64,000 bases of DNA from Eledone cirrhosa (lineage: Eukaryota). Location of the stretch: positions 22,630,001-22,694,000 of the forward strand of contig OZ024765.1 in NCBI GenBank assembly GCA_964016885.1, written 5' to 3'. Of this stretch, positions 1 to 12,690 are shown piece by piece. The translations under genes were made by a program, and so were the position numbers. Numbering within the stretch: the stretch's first letter is position 1; each line of letters starts with the position of its first letter. Below the pieces are notes generated by a model, which worked only from the letters and a program-made list of their open reading frames with translations, was not told where the DNA came from and searched no databases.

Positions 1-40
1 ATATAAATATACACACATGTAGGTGTATATATATATATAT

Positions 41-380
41 CATCATCATCATTTCATTTTATGTCCGCTTTTTCTCTGCTTGCAAGGGTGGGACGGGAAC
101 TGATTCTGGCTTGATTTCTACAGCTGGATGCCCTTCCTAACACCAACCTCATTTACAGTGAGTGCTGGGTGCTTTTTTGCCGTGTCACCTGCACGACCAC
201 TTTGCAGTGGAATGATAGGGACTCCAGTCCCTATCACCTCATTTCTACAGCTGAGTAAACTGGAGCAATGTGAAATAAAGTGTCTTGCTCAAGGAAACAA
301 CACATCACCCGGTCTGAGAATTGAACTCACAACCTTTCGATTGCAAGGCCAATGCTCTAACCACTAAGCCATGTGCCTTC
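41..380 (-). mobile_element. tRNA-derived SINE family A (CORE-like body, RTE-type 3' tail ending in (ATG)n)
   Basis: A-box TGGCTTAGTGG and B-box GAGTTCAATTC; TCCTTGAGCAAGACACTT core; near-identical copies at 4047-4340(+), 15764-16033(-), 37881-38184(+), 42564-42925(+), 43946-44163(+), 54104-54430(+). Confidence 0.9.
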
Positions 381-659
381 AGTTATATATATATATATAT
401 TTAAAGAATTCCTGTTAACAGGGAGATGGAATCATGTTGCAATGCAACACAATATCATTGCTGTTTCATCTCGTTGCATTTGACTGCACACATAGGTGCA
501 TTACACAGCGATAAGGTTGCAGTGCAACTGGTCACACTTGCCTACACACTTTGTAGTAGCGGAGCCACTGTAAGAACCACTGCAGGCTTTCTCCTCTGCT
601 AGAAATAGCAGTCAGTTTCACTCAAGTTAGAGAATATAGTTTATATTGGATATACAGTG

Positions 660-1007
660 GAACCTAACCTCAACCCTATACCTAACCCTAAACCTAACCC
701 TAAACCTAACCCTAAGCCTAACCCTAAGCTCAACCCTAAACCTAACCTCAACCCTAACCCTAACCCTAACCCTAAACCTAACCTCAACCCCAACCCTACA
801 CCTAACCTTAACCCTATACCTAAACCTAACCCTAACCCTAACCCTAACCTCAACCCTAAACCTAAACCTAACCCTAACCTCAACCCTAACCCTAACCCTA
901 ACCTCAAGCCTAACCCTAAACCTAACCCTAACCTCAACCCTAACCCTAAACCTAACCCTAACCTCAACCCTAACCCTAACCCTAACCTCAACCCTAACCC
1001 TAACCCT
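660..1007. repeat. Degenerate telomere-like (TAACCC)n/(CCTAAA)n array, interstitial
   Basis: Hexamer variants CCCTAA, ACCTAA, CCTCAA read directly. Confidence 0.85.
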
Positions 1008-1139
1008 TTGTGATCCTGTGTCTATTTTTGTACTCCCGAAGAAGGGCTTAAGTCTGACATCTCCAACTTTCTTTCCTCTTTTCAATATCAAGCATGAAAC
1101 TAATAAGACTTTGTACCTCTGTTTGTTGTCTCCTTCAAC

Positions 1140-1216
<77 letters not shown>

Positions 1217-1251
1217 GAGAGTAAAACAAAGAATCCTTTAATACATCAAAA

Positions 1252-1308
1252 GTTTTTATTAGCCGACAATGTTTCGTCCTATTAAGGACTCATCAGGGCA
1301 ATCAAAAC
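1252..1308 (-). ncRNA. Minimal type-I hammerhead ribozyme
   Basis: Minus strand GTTTTGATTGCC-CTGATGA-GTCCT/TAAT/AGGAC-GAAAC-ATT-GTC-GGCTAATAAAAAC: full core, stems I-III, GUC cleavage site (between 1265 and 1264). Confidence 0.85.
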
Positions 1309-1600
1309 AACAAGAAGTAATATCGGCAGATACAAGCCGGAAACTCTGAAGAATATGGAGTGTGCATATACTAAAGTCTTACAAAAATATATAATAATAA
1401 AAATGAAAATAAAAATAAAAATAATAAAAATATATAATAATAAGAATAACTAAGGATGTAGATAACATTAAGAACCATATTACAAATATAGTCCAAAGCA
1501 ACTAACCTAAATCTAAACAAAGGTGGTTATATAGAGCAGGAATTATATATAACACAATGCAATAAACATAATACATTATAATAATATCCAGTATTCTAAT

Positions 1601-1649
<49 letters not shown>

Positions 1650-1736
1650 AAAGTTTTATTTAAATTGTTGGGATACAACAAGCAAATATTTTTATAACTG
1701 ATATAAAGCACTCAACAAGTATTTGGAGTAGATATA

Positions 1737-2059
1737 CGATATTAATAAATGGAAACTATATTTATAAAACCATATTTATTTCATTATATATATTTCAAGG
1801 ATACCAAGTTACATTATGGTGTGCCTTCATCAGACAAAATACAATATATAACAGTTATATAAATAGACATTGACGTACCCCTTTAAAAATTGACCGTTGT
1901 TTTTGGAGGCCATCAGGGGTACGTCAATGTCTATTTATAAAACTGTTATATATTGTATTTTGTCTGATGAAGGCATACCATAATGTAACTTGGTATCCTT
2001 GAAATATATATAATGAAATAAATATGGTTTTATAAATATAGTTTCCATTTATTAATATC
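1737..2059. mobile_element. Fold-back (about 145-bp arms) Penelope-like non-autonomous element with a hammerhead motif in each arm
   Basis: Arms 1737-1881 and 1916-2059 are reverse complements; CTGATGA at 1964, stem II AGGCATACCA/TGGTATCCTT, GAAA at 2001; a third, minus-strand copy at 2228-2269. Confidence 0.75.
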
Positions 2060-2754
2060 ATATATATATATATATGTAGATGTAGAGGTTATATTTAATT
2101 TGTTGGGATACAAGCTAAATATGTTTATAACTAATATAAAGCACTCAACAAATTATTGGATTAAATATACAATATATTAACAAATGGAAACTATATTTAT
2201 AAAACCATATTTATTTCATTATACATATTTCAAGGGCTACCAGAGCAAACTATGGTGCGCTTTCATCAGATAAAATATAATATAGGTTAGTTTTATAAAT
2301 AAATATTGACATACCCTTAAAAAATGCAACCATTCTGGTTGGAATCTCCTGGATATATATAAATATATATATATATATATATCTATATATATATATATAA
2401 TATATATCTATATATATATATATATAATATATATATATATATATAATATATATATATATACAGAGAGAGAGAGAGAATTTGAAGTTTGAAAGCCACAACA
2501 ATGTGAAATGAATGACTAAATCATCGTCACCGTCATATTTTATCATAATCACCATCATCATCATCACTACCACCACCACCATTATCATCATCAACACCAT
2601 CACCACCAGCATCTTCACCACCATCACCACCATTATCATCTTCACCACCACCACCGCCGCCAACACCACCACCACCACCATCATCACCATCACCACTACC
2701 ACATTTATTTCTATGTAACTCATGTATTTACTAAATATATAAATATATTGTTAT

Positions 2755-3008
2755 AAATATATTGTTATACTTGGGGAGGGTCATATTGTTGTAATAATAT
2801 TGCCAGAAATAATAACAGAACACACTCACTGTTTGGTTGGTTTTCACTTCTGTATCTTTTATATCTCCACAGTTAATTCATTCGGTCCTCAATGATAAAC
2901 ATGTGTTCTGTTATTATTTCTGGCAATATTATTACAACAATATGACCCTCCCCAAGTATAACAATATTTGTTTTGACACACGATTTCATATCAAAAACCT
3001 CGCAAAAC

Positions 3009-3012
<4 letters not shown>
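2755..3012. mobile_element. Fold-back copy of a Penelope-associated terminal repeat
   Basis: 2757-2825 is inverted against 2900-2969; the same sequence flanks the GIY-YIG relic at 9097-10583 and recurs at 30481-30575. Confidence 0.65.
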
Positions 3013-3043
<31 letters not shown>

Positions 3044-3452
3044 GTTTAACGTCCATGTTCCACGCTTGCATGGGTTTGGACGGGAGTTTTCCCACTTGAG
3101 GCAAGAGTGGTTATCTTGCTCGCATAGGACTGTCTGGCGGGTTTTCTACAGCTGGATGCCCTTCCTAACACCAACCACATTTACAGTGTGGCCACATTAC
3201 AGCGTGAACTGTGTGTTTTTTTGTCGTGACACCTACACGACCTCATTTGTTTCGGCCTGGATGTTGTGGCACCAACATAACTTTACACCGAAAGGGGCAG
3301 TGTGGATGGGGGGGGGGGGGGTATTTTGTTAGAGATGCCTACTGACTGTAGTAGGTTTTACTTTGTATTTAGGTAAGGTGGGTCTTCTCTATTACTGAGT
3401 ACCGCCAAAGATCTTGGTCCAGTGACATTGTCTTGGAGAGGTGTAAGTGTGT

Positions 3453-3503
<51 letters not shown>

Positions 3504-4354
3504 TTGCAGGATGTAAACCTCACCACCACCATCACCACCTTTATTTTTATGTAACTCATGTATTTATTATATATATGTATATATATATATATATATATAT
3601 TTGCAGGACGCAACCCTTGCCACCAAAACCACCGAAATCCACTGAAAAAGCAAGAACAAGTAAGTATATTTCCCCTCCCCCACCACCTCAATATATACCA
3701 CATCTATTCTCTCTTATTTTTCTTATTCTCATCCCCCACACACACACACCCCACCCCACTTAAATATATATTAAACATTTTGAAGGGCTAATTAATGCTG
3801 GGCCGGCAAACCGTTCTGTATGCAAATGAGTTTCAACAGTTCATAAACATAATTGGAATTCTATAGGAATCCAACTTCTATAGCTTACCGCAAAGGCAAA
3901 CGGATATGTAGTCTTGACGACCACTAAAAAGTGAAAAACGATTGACGATTACTTCCCTTTGTTTCTACTGAAGCTAGGTACAAGATGGTAGTCACTTCTT
4001 TAAATTCACAGTGAAAGGCCTTCAAAATGTTTTTAAATAAACATACAGTTCAATTCTCAGACCGGGTGATGTGTTGTTTCCTTGAGCAAGACACTTTATT
4101 TCACATTGCTCCAGTTTACTCAGCTGTAGAAATGAGATGATAGGGACTGGGGTCCCTATCATTCCACTGCAAAGTGGTCGTGGAGGTGCCACGGCAAAAA
4201 AGCACCCAGCACTCACTGTAAATGAGGTTGGTGTTAGGAAGGGCATCCAGCTGTAGAAATCAAGCCAGAATCAGTTCCTGTCCCACCCTTGCAAGCAGGG
4301 AAAAGCGGACGTAAAATGATGATGATGATGATGATGATGATACAGTATATTATA

Positions 4355-4523
4355 GGGTCGGACGCCATGCTTTACAGCATAGTGTTACGGCTCTTTATGG
4401 TCTGAGTTCAAATCCCACTGAGGTTAACTTTGCCTTTCATTCTTACAGATACAATAAAATAAAGTACCAGTAATGTACTGGGGGTAATTGCTGGCCTTGT
4501 GCCAAAAGTAAAAACAATTATTA
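4355..4523 (+). mobile_element. tRNA-derived SINE family B ((ATT)n tail)
   Basis: GAGTTCAAATCCC B-box followed by a diverged copy of the family block GCCTTTCATCCTTACGGGGTCGATAAAATAAAGTACC; many copies in the window. Confidence 0.85.
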
Positions 4524-4689
4524 ATATACAATACGTACATTCATATATTTTCCAAGGAAAATAAAGGACCTATTCCAGTGTCCAATGTGGCTTGCTATAA
4601 AACCACTTCTGGCCAACAACATGGTATAGCAAACCACATCGGACACTTGAATAGTTCTTTAAGTTTCCCCAGAAGAAGAGATATGGCTG

Positions 4690-5531
4690 TGGACAAATGT
4701 ACCACCATGCATTTTGGGAGGAAAAATCCAGCGTCCACATACTCCCTCCACAACACTGATATCAAGAAGTCCTCTTGTGAACGTGACCTGGTTATTACTG
4801 TCAGCAGCGATTTGCGTTGGATAAAGTATGTCTCTAAGATTGTCAAGAACCCGAGGGTGTCTTGGCATCACTCAGCAAGACCTTTGTTAGCCGCTCTCCA
4901 GCCATCTATTTAAAACTGTATACAGCTATGGTACGACCACACTTGGAATTCACATCATCAGTCTGGAACCCCTATCTCAGAACATTGACTGCCTGGAAAC
5001 TGTTCAGAGACGTGCAACCAAGCGCATACCCTCCATCAGACACCTACCATACTCTGAACGCCTTGCTTCCCTGGGCATGGATTCATTGAAGCTCCGACGT
5101 CTGGCAATGGACTTGGTAAAGACCCACAAAGTTATTAACCATCTCGCCAACAACAACCCTGAGCACCTTTTTGATCTCCATGTGTCTAACACACGTGGAC
5201 ATGCCTACAAAATCAGAAAACAGCACAGCTCCCATGACTTTCGTAAACATTTTTTCATGCTTAGAGTTGCTGAAGCATGGAACAAACTACCTGCATCAGT
5301 TGTTAGCTGTCAAGACACTGCATCCTTTAAGACACTCATGCTTCCCGAAATTCACCAAAACTACACCTGATGTACCCCTTCCATGCACATGCACACATGT
5401 GTATATCATGACTCATGCACTGTTCATTTTCCTGACGTTTGTACATTACCCTATGTACTATACATACACTTTTTGATGAGTTGTAGTGCACCTGAGCACT
5501 GTATACAATATTTCATTATTATTATTATTAT
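4690..5531 (+). mobile_element. CR1/L2-group LINE 3' fragment
   Basis: Peptides KLYTAMVRPHLEF..VWNPY, RRLAMDL, NTRGH..K, FFMLRVAEAWNKLP; (ATT)n tail. Confidence 0.88.
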
Positions 5532-5891
5532 ATTAATCTTGAAATATCAGAACATATGAATAAATTAAGGTAAAAAACAAGCCGTGTTTCTTACAATTCA
5601 ATTATTCTCCATCCAAACCCATATTGTCGTGGCTTTCAAACTTCGAATTTCTTTATATATATTATATCATTTACTTATGTTCCTACATGGAACAAAAGCG
5701 CTACCTGAGGTTTCAAGGCCTAGTATTGACCATATCTTCAAATAGATAACGCTTTTGTTCCCTGTATGAACATAAATAAATGATACAATATATCTGCTCC
5801 CTTCCCATTTCATACCGATGTATATTTTCTTTATACAATGCTTCAAATAAACTACGAATTCCTTCTTTTATTTATGTTTTACTTTATTTAG

Positions 5892-5987
5892 CCACCGATG
5901 AAACTCAAGAAAGTAACGTTCCAGTTGGTCTGATTGCAGCTTTAATATTGCTCTGCGTTCTCATAGCAGCATTGATATTTCTTTGGG
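5892..5987 (+). CDS. Host gene exon: transmembrane helix of a single-pass membrane protein (xTDETQESNVPVGLIAALILLCVLIAALIFLW)
   Basis: Polypyrimidine tract then ttatttAG acceptor and G|GTGAGT donor; 96 nt, phase 1-1; about 22 hydrophobic residues. Confidence 0.88.
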
Positions 5988-6092
5988 GTGAGTAACACGT
6001 CTTCATTACACATTAACCACACTACATACCAATAACACGTCTTCATTACACATTAACTACACTACATACCAATAACACGTCTTAATTACACA

Positions 6093-6365
6093 TTAACCCT
6101 TCAGCATTTAAACCAGCTGTAACTGGCCAGAATTCTCTCACCTCTTTCTGTTCAAATCAGCCATATCCGGCCAAAATTCTCTCACCTTTTTCTGTTCAAA
6201 CTGGCCATAACTGTCTGTTCATACTTATGTTAAGGTATTGTCCTCAAAATAAATAATATCAAAATCTCATAGATTCAATATCATGTGGAAAAATTAGGTG
6301 AAATAAAGGGTTTACCTTGATAATACAATAGTAAATATAGAGTCATGTAAATGCTAAAGGGTTAA
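6093..6365. mobile_element. piggyBac-type MITE
   Basis: TTAA-CCCTTCAGCATTTA ... TAAATGCTAAAGGG-TTAA termini. Confidence 0.8.
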
Positions 6366-6430
6366 CTACATCACATACCAGTAATACGTCTTCACTACAC
6401 ATTAACTACATTACATACCAGTAATATCTA

Positions 6431-7198
6431 TTAACCCTTTAGCACAGCGGTCTCCATTTTTTTATACCACGGACTGACTTCATGGCGGCAATCTTTGCCA
6501 GGACCGGTAGTTACACATATCTGTTATTTAAGTGTATTCGATAAAGAGAACAATAATAGAAACAGCAATTTATTAAAGAAGATGAATATTGAATATCTCA
6601 ACAAATTTTTTTAATTAAAGTCCAATATTCAATTTATCTTTAATATAATTTTAAACAAATTAATTATTTCTTTGTGGCCCGGTAACGAATGATCTATGGA
6701 GCAGCAGCGGTCCAAGGACTGGTGGTTGGGGACCTCTGCTTTAGCATTTAAACCGGCTGTAACTGGTCAGAATTCTCTCACCTCTTTCTGTTCAAACCAG
6801 CCAGAATTCTCTCGCATCTTTCTTTTCAAACCCGCCATAACTGGCTGCTCATAGTTATGTTAAGGTATTGTCCTCAAAATAAATAATATCAAAATCTCAT
6901 AGATTCAATATTATGTGAGGTAAAGTCTTTACTGTGAAAATACAATAGTATATATAGAGTAATGTAAATGTTATGTGAGATATTATGTGAGGTAAAGTCT
7001 TTACTGTGAAAATACAATAGTATATATAGAGTAATGTAAATGTTATGTGAGATATTATGTGAGGTAAAGCCTTTACTGTGAAAATACAATAGTATATATA
7101 GAGTAATGTAAATGTTATGTGAGATATTATGTGAGGTAAAACCTTTACCATGAAAATACAATAGTATATATATAGTAATGTAAGTGCTAAAGGGTTAA
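6431..7198. mobile_element. piggyBac-type MITE with internal 72-bp repeats, interrupted by a hAT MITE
   Basis: Same TTAA-CCCTTTAGCA termini; about four 72-bp units at 6910-7185. Confidence 0.8.
6445..6738. mobile_element. hAT-type MITE
   Basis: CAGCGGTCTCCA...TGGGGACCTCTG TIRs with an exact 8-bp TSD CTTTAGCA (6437-6444 and 6739-6746). Confidence 0.85.
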
Positions 7199-7306
7199 AG
7201 ACACTTAATGTAACAATTATAAAAATATTTATTCTCGTATTAAAGAAAAAAAATCTTTAAATATACCCTCGTCCTTTTTCACTTTTACTTATATATATAT
7301 ATATAT

Positions 7307-7780
7307 CATCATCATCATCATCATCATTTTACATCTGCTTTTCCCTGCTTGCAAGGGTGGGACGGGTCTTATTCAGCACAGCATCTCTCCACTCGTCACA
7401 GTCCTTCGTCATCTCCACCGTGAGCTTCAGTGATCTGAGGTCTGTTCTCACCACCTCTGCCCATGTTTTTCGTGGTCTACCTCTACCACGTCTTCCTTCA
7501 ACTGGCATTTCCTGGCATTTCTTCACCCATCGCTCATCCTCCATGCGCATCACATGTCCATACCACCTCAGTCCCCTCTCCCGTACACTACATTCTATCC
7601 CTCTCAGACACAGTTTCTCTCTCAACACATCCATGCTGTGTCGTTCACGCACATTTACACTGCACACCCAATGGAGCATGCTTGCCTCATTTCTCTCCAG
7701 CCGTCGCATATCCTCTGCAGTTACTGCCCATGTCTCACTACCATGCAGCATCGCACTCCTCACACAGGCATCATATAACC

Positions 7781-7782
<2 letters not shown>
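7307..7782 (-). mobile_element. RTE-clade LINE 3' end
   Basis: LHGSETW, LRWYGHVMRM, RGRGRPRKTW; (ATG)n tail. Confidence 0.9.
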
Positions 7783-7838
<56 letters not shown>

Positions 7839-7864
7839 TATAACTGTATGTATATATATATATA

Positions 7865-8750
7865 CAGGGTGTGGATGATATTTGTTCGCAATTTTAAACT
7901 GGTAATTTTATGCAAATTCTTTTTACTTCCGTTGTCACTCTTGTCCTCATAAAAACAGTGACTATATTTCCATTATTTATTTTCAGAATAATTGATTATG
8001 AATAATTTTGAACCTCCAAATTTGTGGAAGAGACACAGAGTTCTTGGAATCTGCGCCGGAAGGACAAATAAGGACCAGAAGATCAACTCCCAGAACAACA
8101 GGTGGCTCACTGTCTCATCCAAAGACGTGCCTAGAGTCATGCAGACAAAGTTTCCAGTGACAACATTGGTCTTAGGTGTCGTCAGCAGTCAAGGTGACGT
8201 AATGTCACCTCACTTCTTCCCTGAGGGCCTCAAGCTGAACACCAATGGCTACATCCGCGTTCTGAGCGAGGTAGTAAAGCCCTGAAACGACCAGGTAGCT
8301 GCAGGTAGGCCGTATGTGTGGCAGCAAGACTCAGCGCCCTGCCATACCAGCTGAAAGACCCAAGCCTGGCTGTCAGAGAACTTCGTCGACTACACTTCAC
8401 CTGACATCTGGCCTCCCAGCTCGCCTGACTGCAACCCCCTCAACTTCTTTGTGTGGGGTGCAGTGGAACAAGACACCAACAGATCTGGCTGCAATACGAA
8501 AGACGATCTGAAGGCCAGGATCACAAGTGCCTTTAGGGGCATAAGTCGGGGGACAGTGATGAAGGCCTGTAGCCAGCTCCGATGCCACCTTGAAGCCGTC
8601 ATCAAAGCTAATGGTGGGTTTATCGAGTGAGATCGAAAGAAGAAGTCATGAAGACAAACTGACCCAAGTTTGATAAATAAATCTTAAAAAATAAAACTAC
8701 TGTTATTTTTTCCTAGACAGTAAACTTGCAAACAAATATCGTCCGCACCC

Positions 8751-8752
<2 letters not shown>
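7865..8752 (+). mobile_element. Internally deleted Tc1/mariner maT (DD37D) transposon
   Basis: TIR CAGGGTGYGGAYGATATTTGTTYGCAA at both ends within (TA)n; QQD-x37-N (D mutated to N) with WPPSSPDCNPL; stop codons. Confidence 0.85.
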
Positions 8753-8822
<70 letters not shown>

Positions 8823-9096
8823 TTAAGGGTGAAAGCTGAAATTATTTGCTTAAACTTTTAATCTGTACTAATAATAAATATTTGCTCTACAGGTTTATAT
8901 ATTCTCATATATATTATATATACAACCCTTATCGAGTCCTCTCTGGATTTGTGTCTTTGTATTTGTTGTTACTATATATATATACACACATATATATATA
9001 TACATATGTATATATATATATATATCATCATCATCATCATCATTTTACGTCCGCTTTTCCCTGCTTGCAAGGGTGGGACAATATATATATTTATAT

Positions 9097-10579
9097 ATTT
9101 GTTTTGCAAGGTTTTTAATATGAATTGTGTGTCGAAACAAATATTGTTATACTTGGGGAGGGTCATATTGTTGTAATAATATTGCCAGAATTAATAACGG
9201 AACTCACTCACTGTTTGGTTGGTTTTCGCTTCTGTATCTTTTATATCAGTTAAGTCATTCGGTCCTCAATGTTTACCATTGCCTGACCAACGGTCAAAAA
9301 TACAGATATAATATAGACACAAACACATATATATATAGTCTAGCAAAGTTCTTTCGTTGCACATCTGCAACATCATCAGTGGTACTATTATGTTCCTCCT
9401 GTTGTATTGTATATCTACGCCATTTTTATTTTGTCTGTTTATTTATTTATTTATTTATTTTTGTCTGCGCATGCATTTGCGTGTGTGTATAGTGTTTGGT
9501 GTGTGTTCGCGTTTGGGTGACTGTGTTTTGGTTATTGTATTCTATCTTAGTTTACTAGTGTGTGTTTATATGTGTTTGTTGTTATTGTGCTTGTGTATAT
9601 ATTTATTTACTTATATTTCTCTTAGGTCAGTATTGTTTGTTTGGGTGTTGTTATTCCATTCATTTTTTTCTGTTTAGCTTTGGCTTTCTAAGTTCTATTT
9701 CACTGACCTCTCTGATTTGCCTCTCTGCTGGGTCATTTCTATGTTTAGATATTATTCTAATTTCTATGTTGTCTATGTTACTGTCCTGTTGTTGTCTGGT
9801 GTGTTTGTATAGTACTGAACCGTTTTTTCGTCCTTTTAGTTCCCCCCAGTGTTGGTCTATCCTTTCACCTATGCTACGAGCTGTCTCGCCTATGTATGTT
9901 GTTGTCATGTTTCTGCAAGTACCCTCTGTACATCTTATGCTATAGATTACGTTTCTAGTTTTACAATTTATCCGGGGGGTTTACTTTACATATAATACAT
10001 TTCCTATTAGTACAGTGGGTTTTCTTAAAACAGTATGTTTTGCTGATCAGGGATTTTATGGTAGTTCCTGGCTTTTCTACCACTTTAATCTTTAAGTGGG
10101 TCTTTTTCAGGGCCTTTCTACATTTCCCTCCAGGGGTAGCGTCCACAAACATGACACTCTGGTATTTCTTGTTGTCGTACCATGAGGTGGCTTTCCCTAT
10201 CTTATGTCTAGCCCTATCTAAGCTATTCCATGATTTGCTCCGGTTGATGAAGTGTCGGATGTGTCTTTCCATTTCTGTTGGGTCGCACATGTGGGACACG
10301 TTCTTCATTACTCAAGGAGATATTTCAGTCTCCTTTCCCACCATACCATAAAAAGGTTGGCAACATCACCAGCTAAGCTGACACCAATGGCTTTGTTAGA
10401 CTATATATCTGTATTTATATCTGTATTTTTGACCGTTGGTCAGTCAGTGGTAAACATTGATGGCCAAATGAATTAACTATGGAGATATAAAAGATACAGA
10501 AGCGGAAACCAACCAAACAGTGAGTGTGTTCTGTTATTATTTCTGGCAATATTAGAACAATATGACCCTCCCCAAGTAT

Positions 10580-10583
<4 letters not shown>
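9097..10583 (-). mobile_element. Penelope-like retroelement 3' relic (GIY-YIG endonuclease) between inverted terminal repeats
   Basis: CIICK linker, YIGETARSIGERIDQH...KH...RQIRE...PKLNRK; 9144-9310 inverted at 10415-10583; hammerhead-like motif at 9345-9385 on the minus strand in the 3' UTR. Confidence 0.8.
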
Positions 10584-10620
<37 letters not shown>

Positions 10621-10869
10621 AAATAAATAGAGATGATATAAAGTATATATCTTTCGTTTATTACTATTATTATCATCATTATTATATATATATATATATA
10701 TAGTTACATAACTATTAAGCTCTGTTAGCTACATAGAGCACTCTTTTTTCTTGGACTTTTCCGACGGAATTACTTCATATATATATATATATATATATAT
10801 ATCATTGGTCGTTTGTTCAATACAAAGCTTGACCACTCCAGTGTATAATATGCTCAGTTCTGGCATAGA

Positions 10870-11160
10870 GAGATCGTATGTGACTTTTTAGACCAGATGA
10901 CATACTTATGAAAAGCTGTCCTTATAAATTACATATTAATTTTGGTGCAGTTTGGACAGCCTCTGTATCTTGATGAACCTTGAAAGGTCTCTTTAGACCT
11001 TCTTAAGATTTGCAGATCTTTTGGCATATGTGACATTGGTAAGGCTGAACTGGTTGGTACATTCTATAATCAGTAGAGAGTGACATGTTGTGTGATCTGA
11101 TGTGAGACTGAAGCCCAGCCTCTGACAGTCAGATTCTGCCACAAACTGTATCACAGTAGA
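10870..11160 (-). pseudogene. Decayed triple C2H2 zinc-finger segment (probably a LINE C-terminus)
   Basis: One frame reads VCGRI*LSEAGLQSHIRSH...YQCHICQKICKS*EGLKRPFKVH...ICNL*GQLFISMSSGLKSHIRS. Confidence 0.6.
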
Positions 11161-11431
11161 GAAAGTTCCAGTAATTTCATGTTCCCTTAGTGGCTGTTTT
11201 TTCTTATACTATAAATTTTTTCAACATTCTATACATGTGTTTATATGTGTGTGTATATATATATGTGTGTGTAGATTGCGCACACAAGTGTAGTGGATAT
11301 TAGATGCTGTTTTCTGTAGTTTTTCGTGACCCCTTCCTTCCTCAATCATCTCTAGTCTGTGACAGAAGGACGAACGAACAGAAGTCACTCAAATTTATAT
11401 ATAGATTCCTCTTAATATTTACTTGCATTAA

Positions 11432-12690
11432 CAGTCCACTCTGTAATGTGGTCATGTAGGTGTCACAACAAAAAGCACCCAGTCCACACTGTAATGTGGT
11501 CATGTAGGTGTCACAACAAAAAGCACCCAGTCCACACTGTAATGTGGTCATGTAGGTGTCACAACAAAAAGCACCCAGTCCACACTGTAATGTGGTCATG
11601 TAGATGTCACAACAAAAAGCACCCAGTCCACACTGTAATGTGGTCATGTAGGTGTCACAACAAAAAGCACCCAGTCCACACTGTAATGTGGTCATGTAGG
11701 TGTCACAACAAAAAGCACCCAGTCCACACTGTAATGTGGTCATGTAGGTGTCACAACAAAAAGCACCCAGTCCACACTGTAATGTGGTCATGTAGGTGTC
11801 ACAACAAAAAGCACCCAGTCCACACTGTAATGTGGTCATGTAGATGTCACAACAAAAAGCACCCAGTCCACACTGTAATGTGGTCATGTAGGTGTCACAA
11901 CAAAAAGCACCCAGTCCACACTGTAATGTGGTCATGTAGGTGTCACAACAAAAAGCACCCAGTCCACACTGTAATGTGGTCATGTAGGTGTCACAACAAA
12001 AAGCACCCAGTCCACACTGTAATGTGGTCATGTAGGTGTCACAACAAAAAGCACCCAGTCCACACTGTAATGTGGTCATGTAGGTGTCACAACAAAAAGC
12101 ACCCAGTCCACACTGTAATGTGGTCATGTAGGTGTCACAACAAAAAGCACCCAGTCCACACTGTAATGTGGTCGTGTAGGTGTCACGACAAAAAGCACCC
12201 AGTCCACACTGTAAAGTGGTCATGTAGGTGTCACAACAAAAAGCACCCAGTCCACACTGTAATGTGGTCGTGTAGGTGTCACGACAAAAAGCACCCAGTC
12301 CACACTGTAATGTGGTCATGTAGGTGTCACAACAAAAAGCACCCAGTCCACACTGTAAAGTGGTCATGTAGGTGTCACAACAAAAAGCACCCAGTCCACA
12401 CTGTAATGTGGTCATGTAGGTGTCACAACAAAAAGCACCCAGTCCACACTAATGTGGTCATGTAGGTGTCACAACAAAAAGCACCCAGTCCACACTGTAA
12501 TGTGGTCATGTAGGTGTCACAACAAAAAGCACCCAGTCCACACTGTAATGTGGTCATGTAGGTGTCACAACAAAAAGCACCCAGTCCACACTGTAATGTG
12601 GTCGTGTAGGTGTCACGACAAAAAGCACCCAGCACACACTGCAAAGTGGTCATGTAGGTGTCATGACAAAAAGTACCTAGTCCACACTGT
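11432..12690 (+). repeat. 48-bp tandem array (about 26 units) amplified from a SINE internal segment
   Basis: Unit CACACTGTAATGTGGTCATGTAGGTGTCACAACAAAAAGCACCCAGTC runs directly into the SINE 3' part at 12690-12845. Confidence 0.92.

Noticed and set aside
128-367. Recurrent ORF MPFLTPTSFTVSAGCFF... suggesting a small gene family
   Set aside because: Antisense translation of SINE A.
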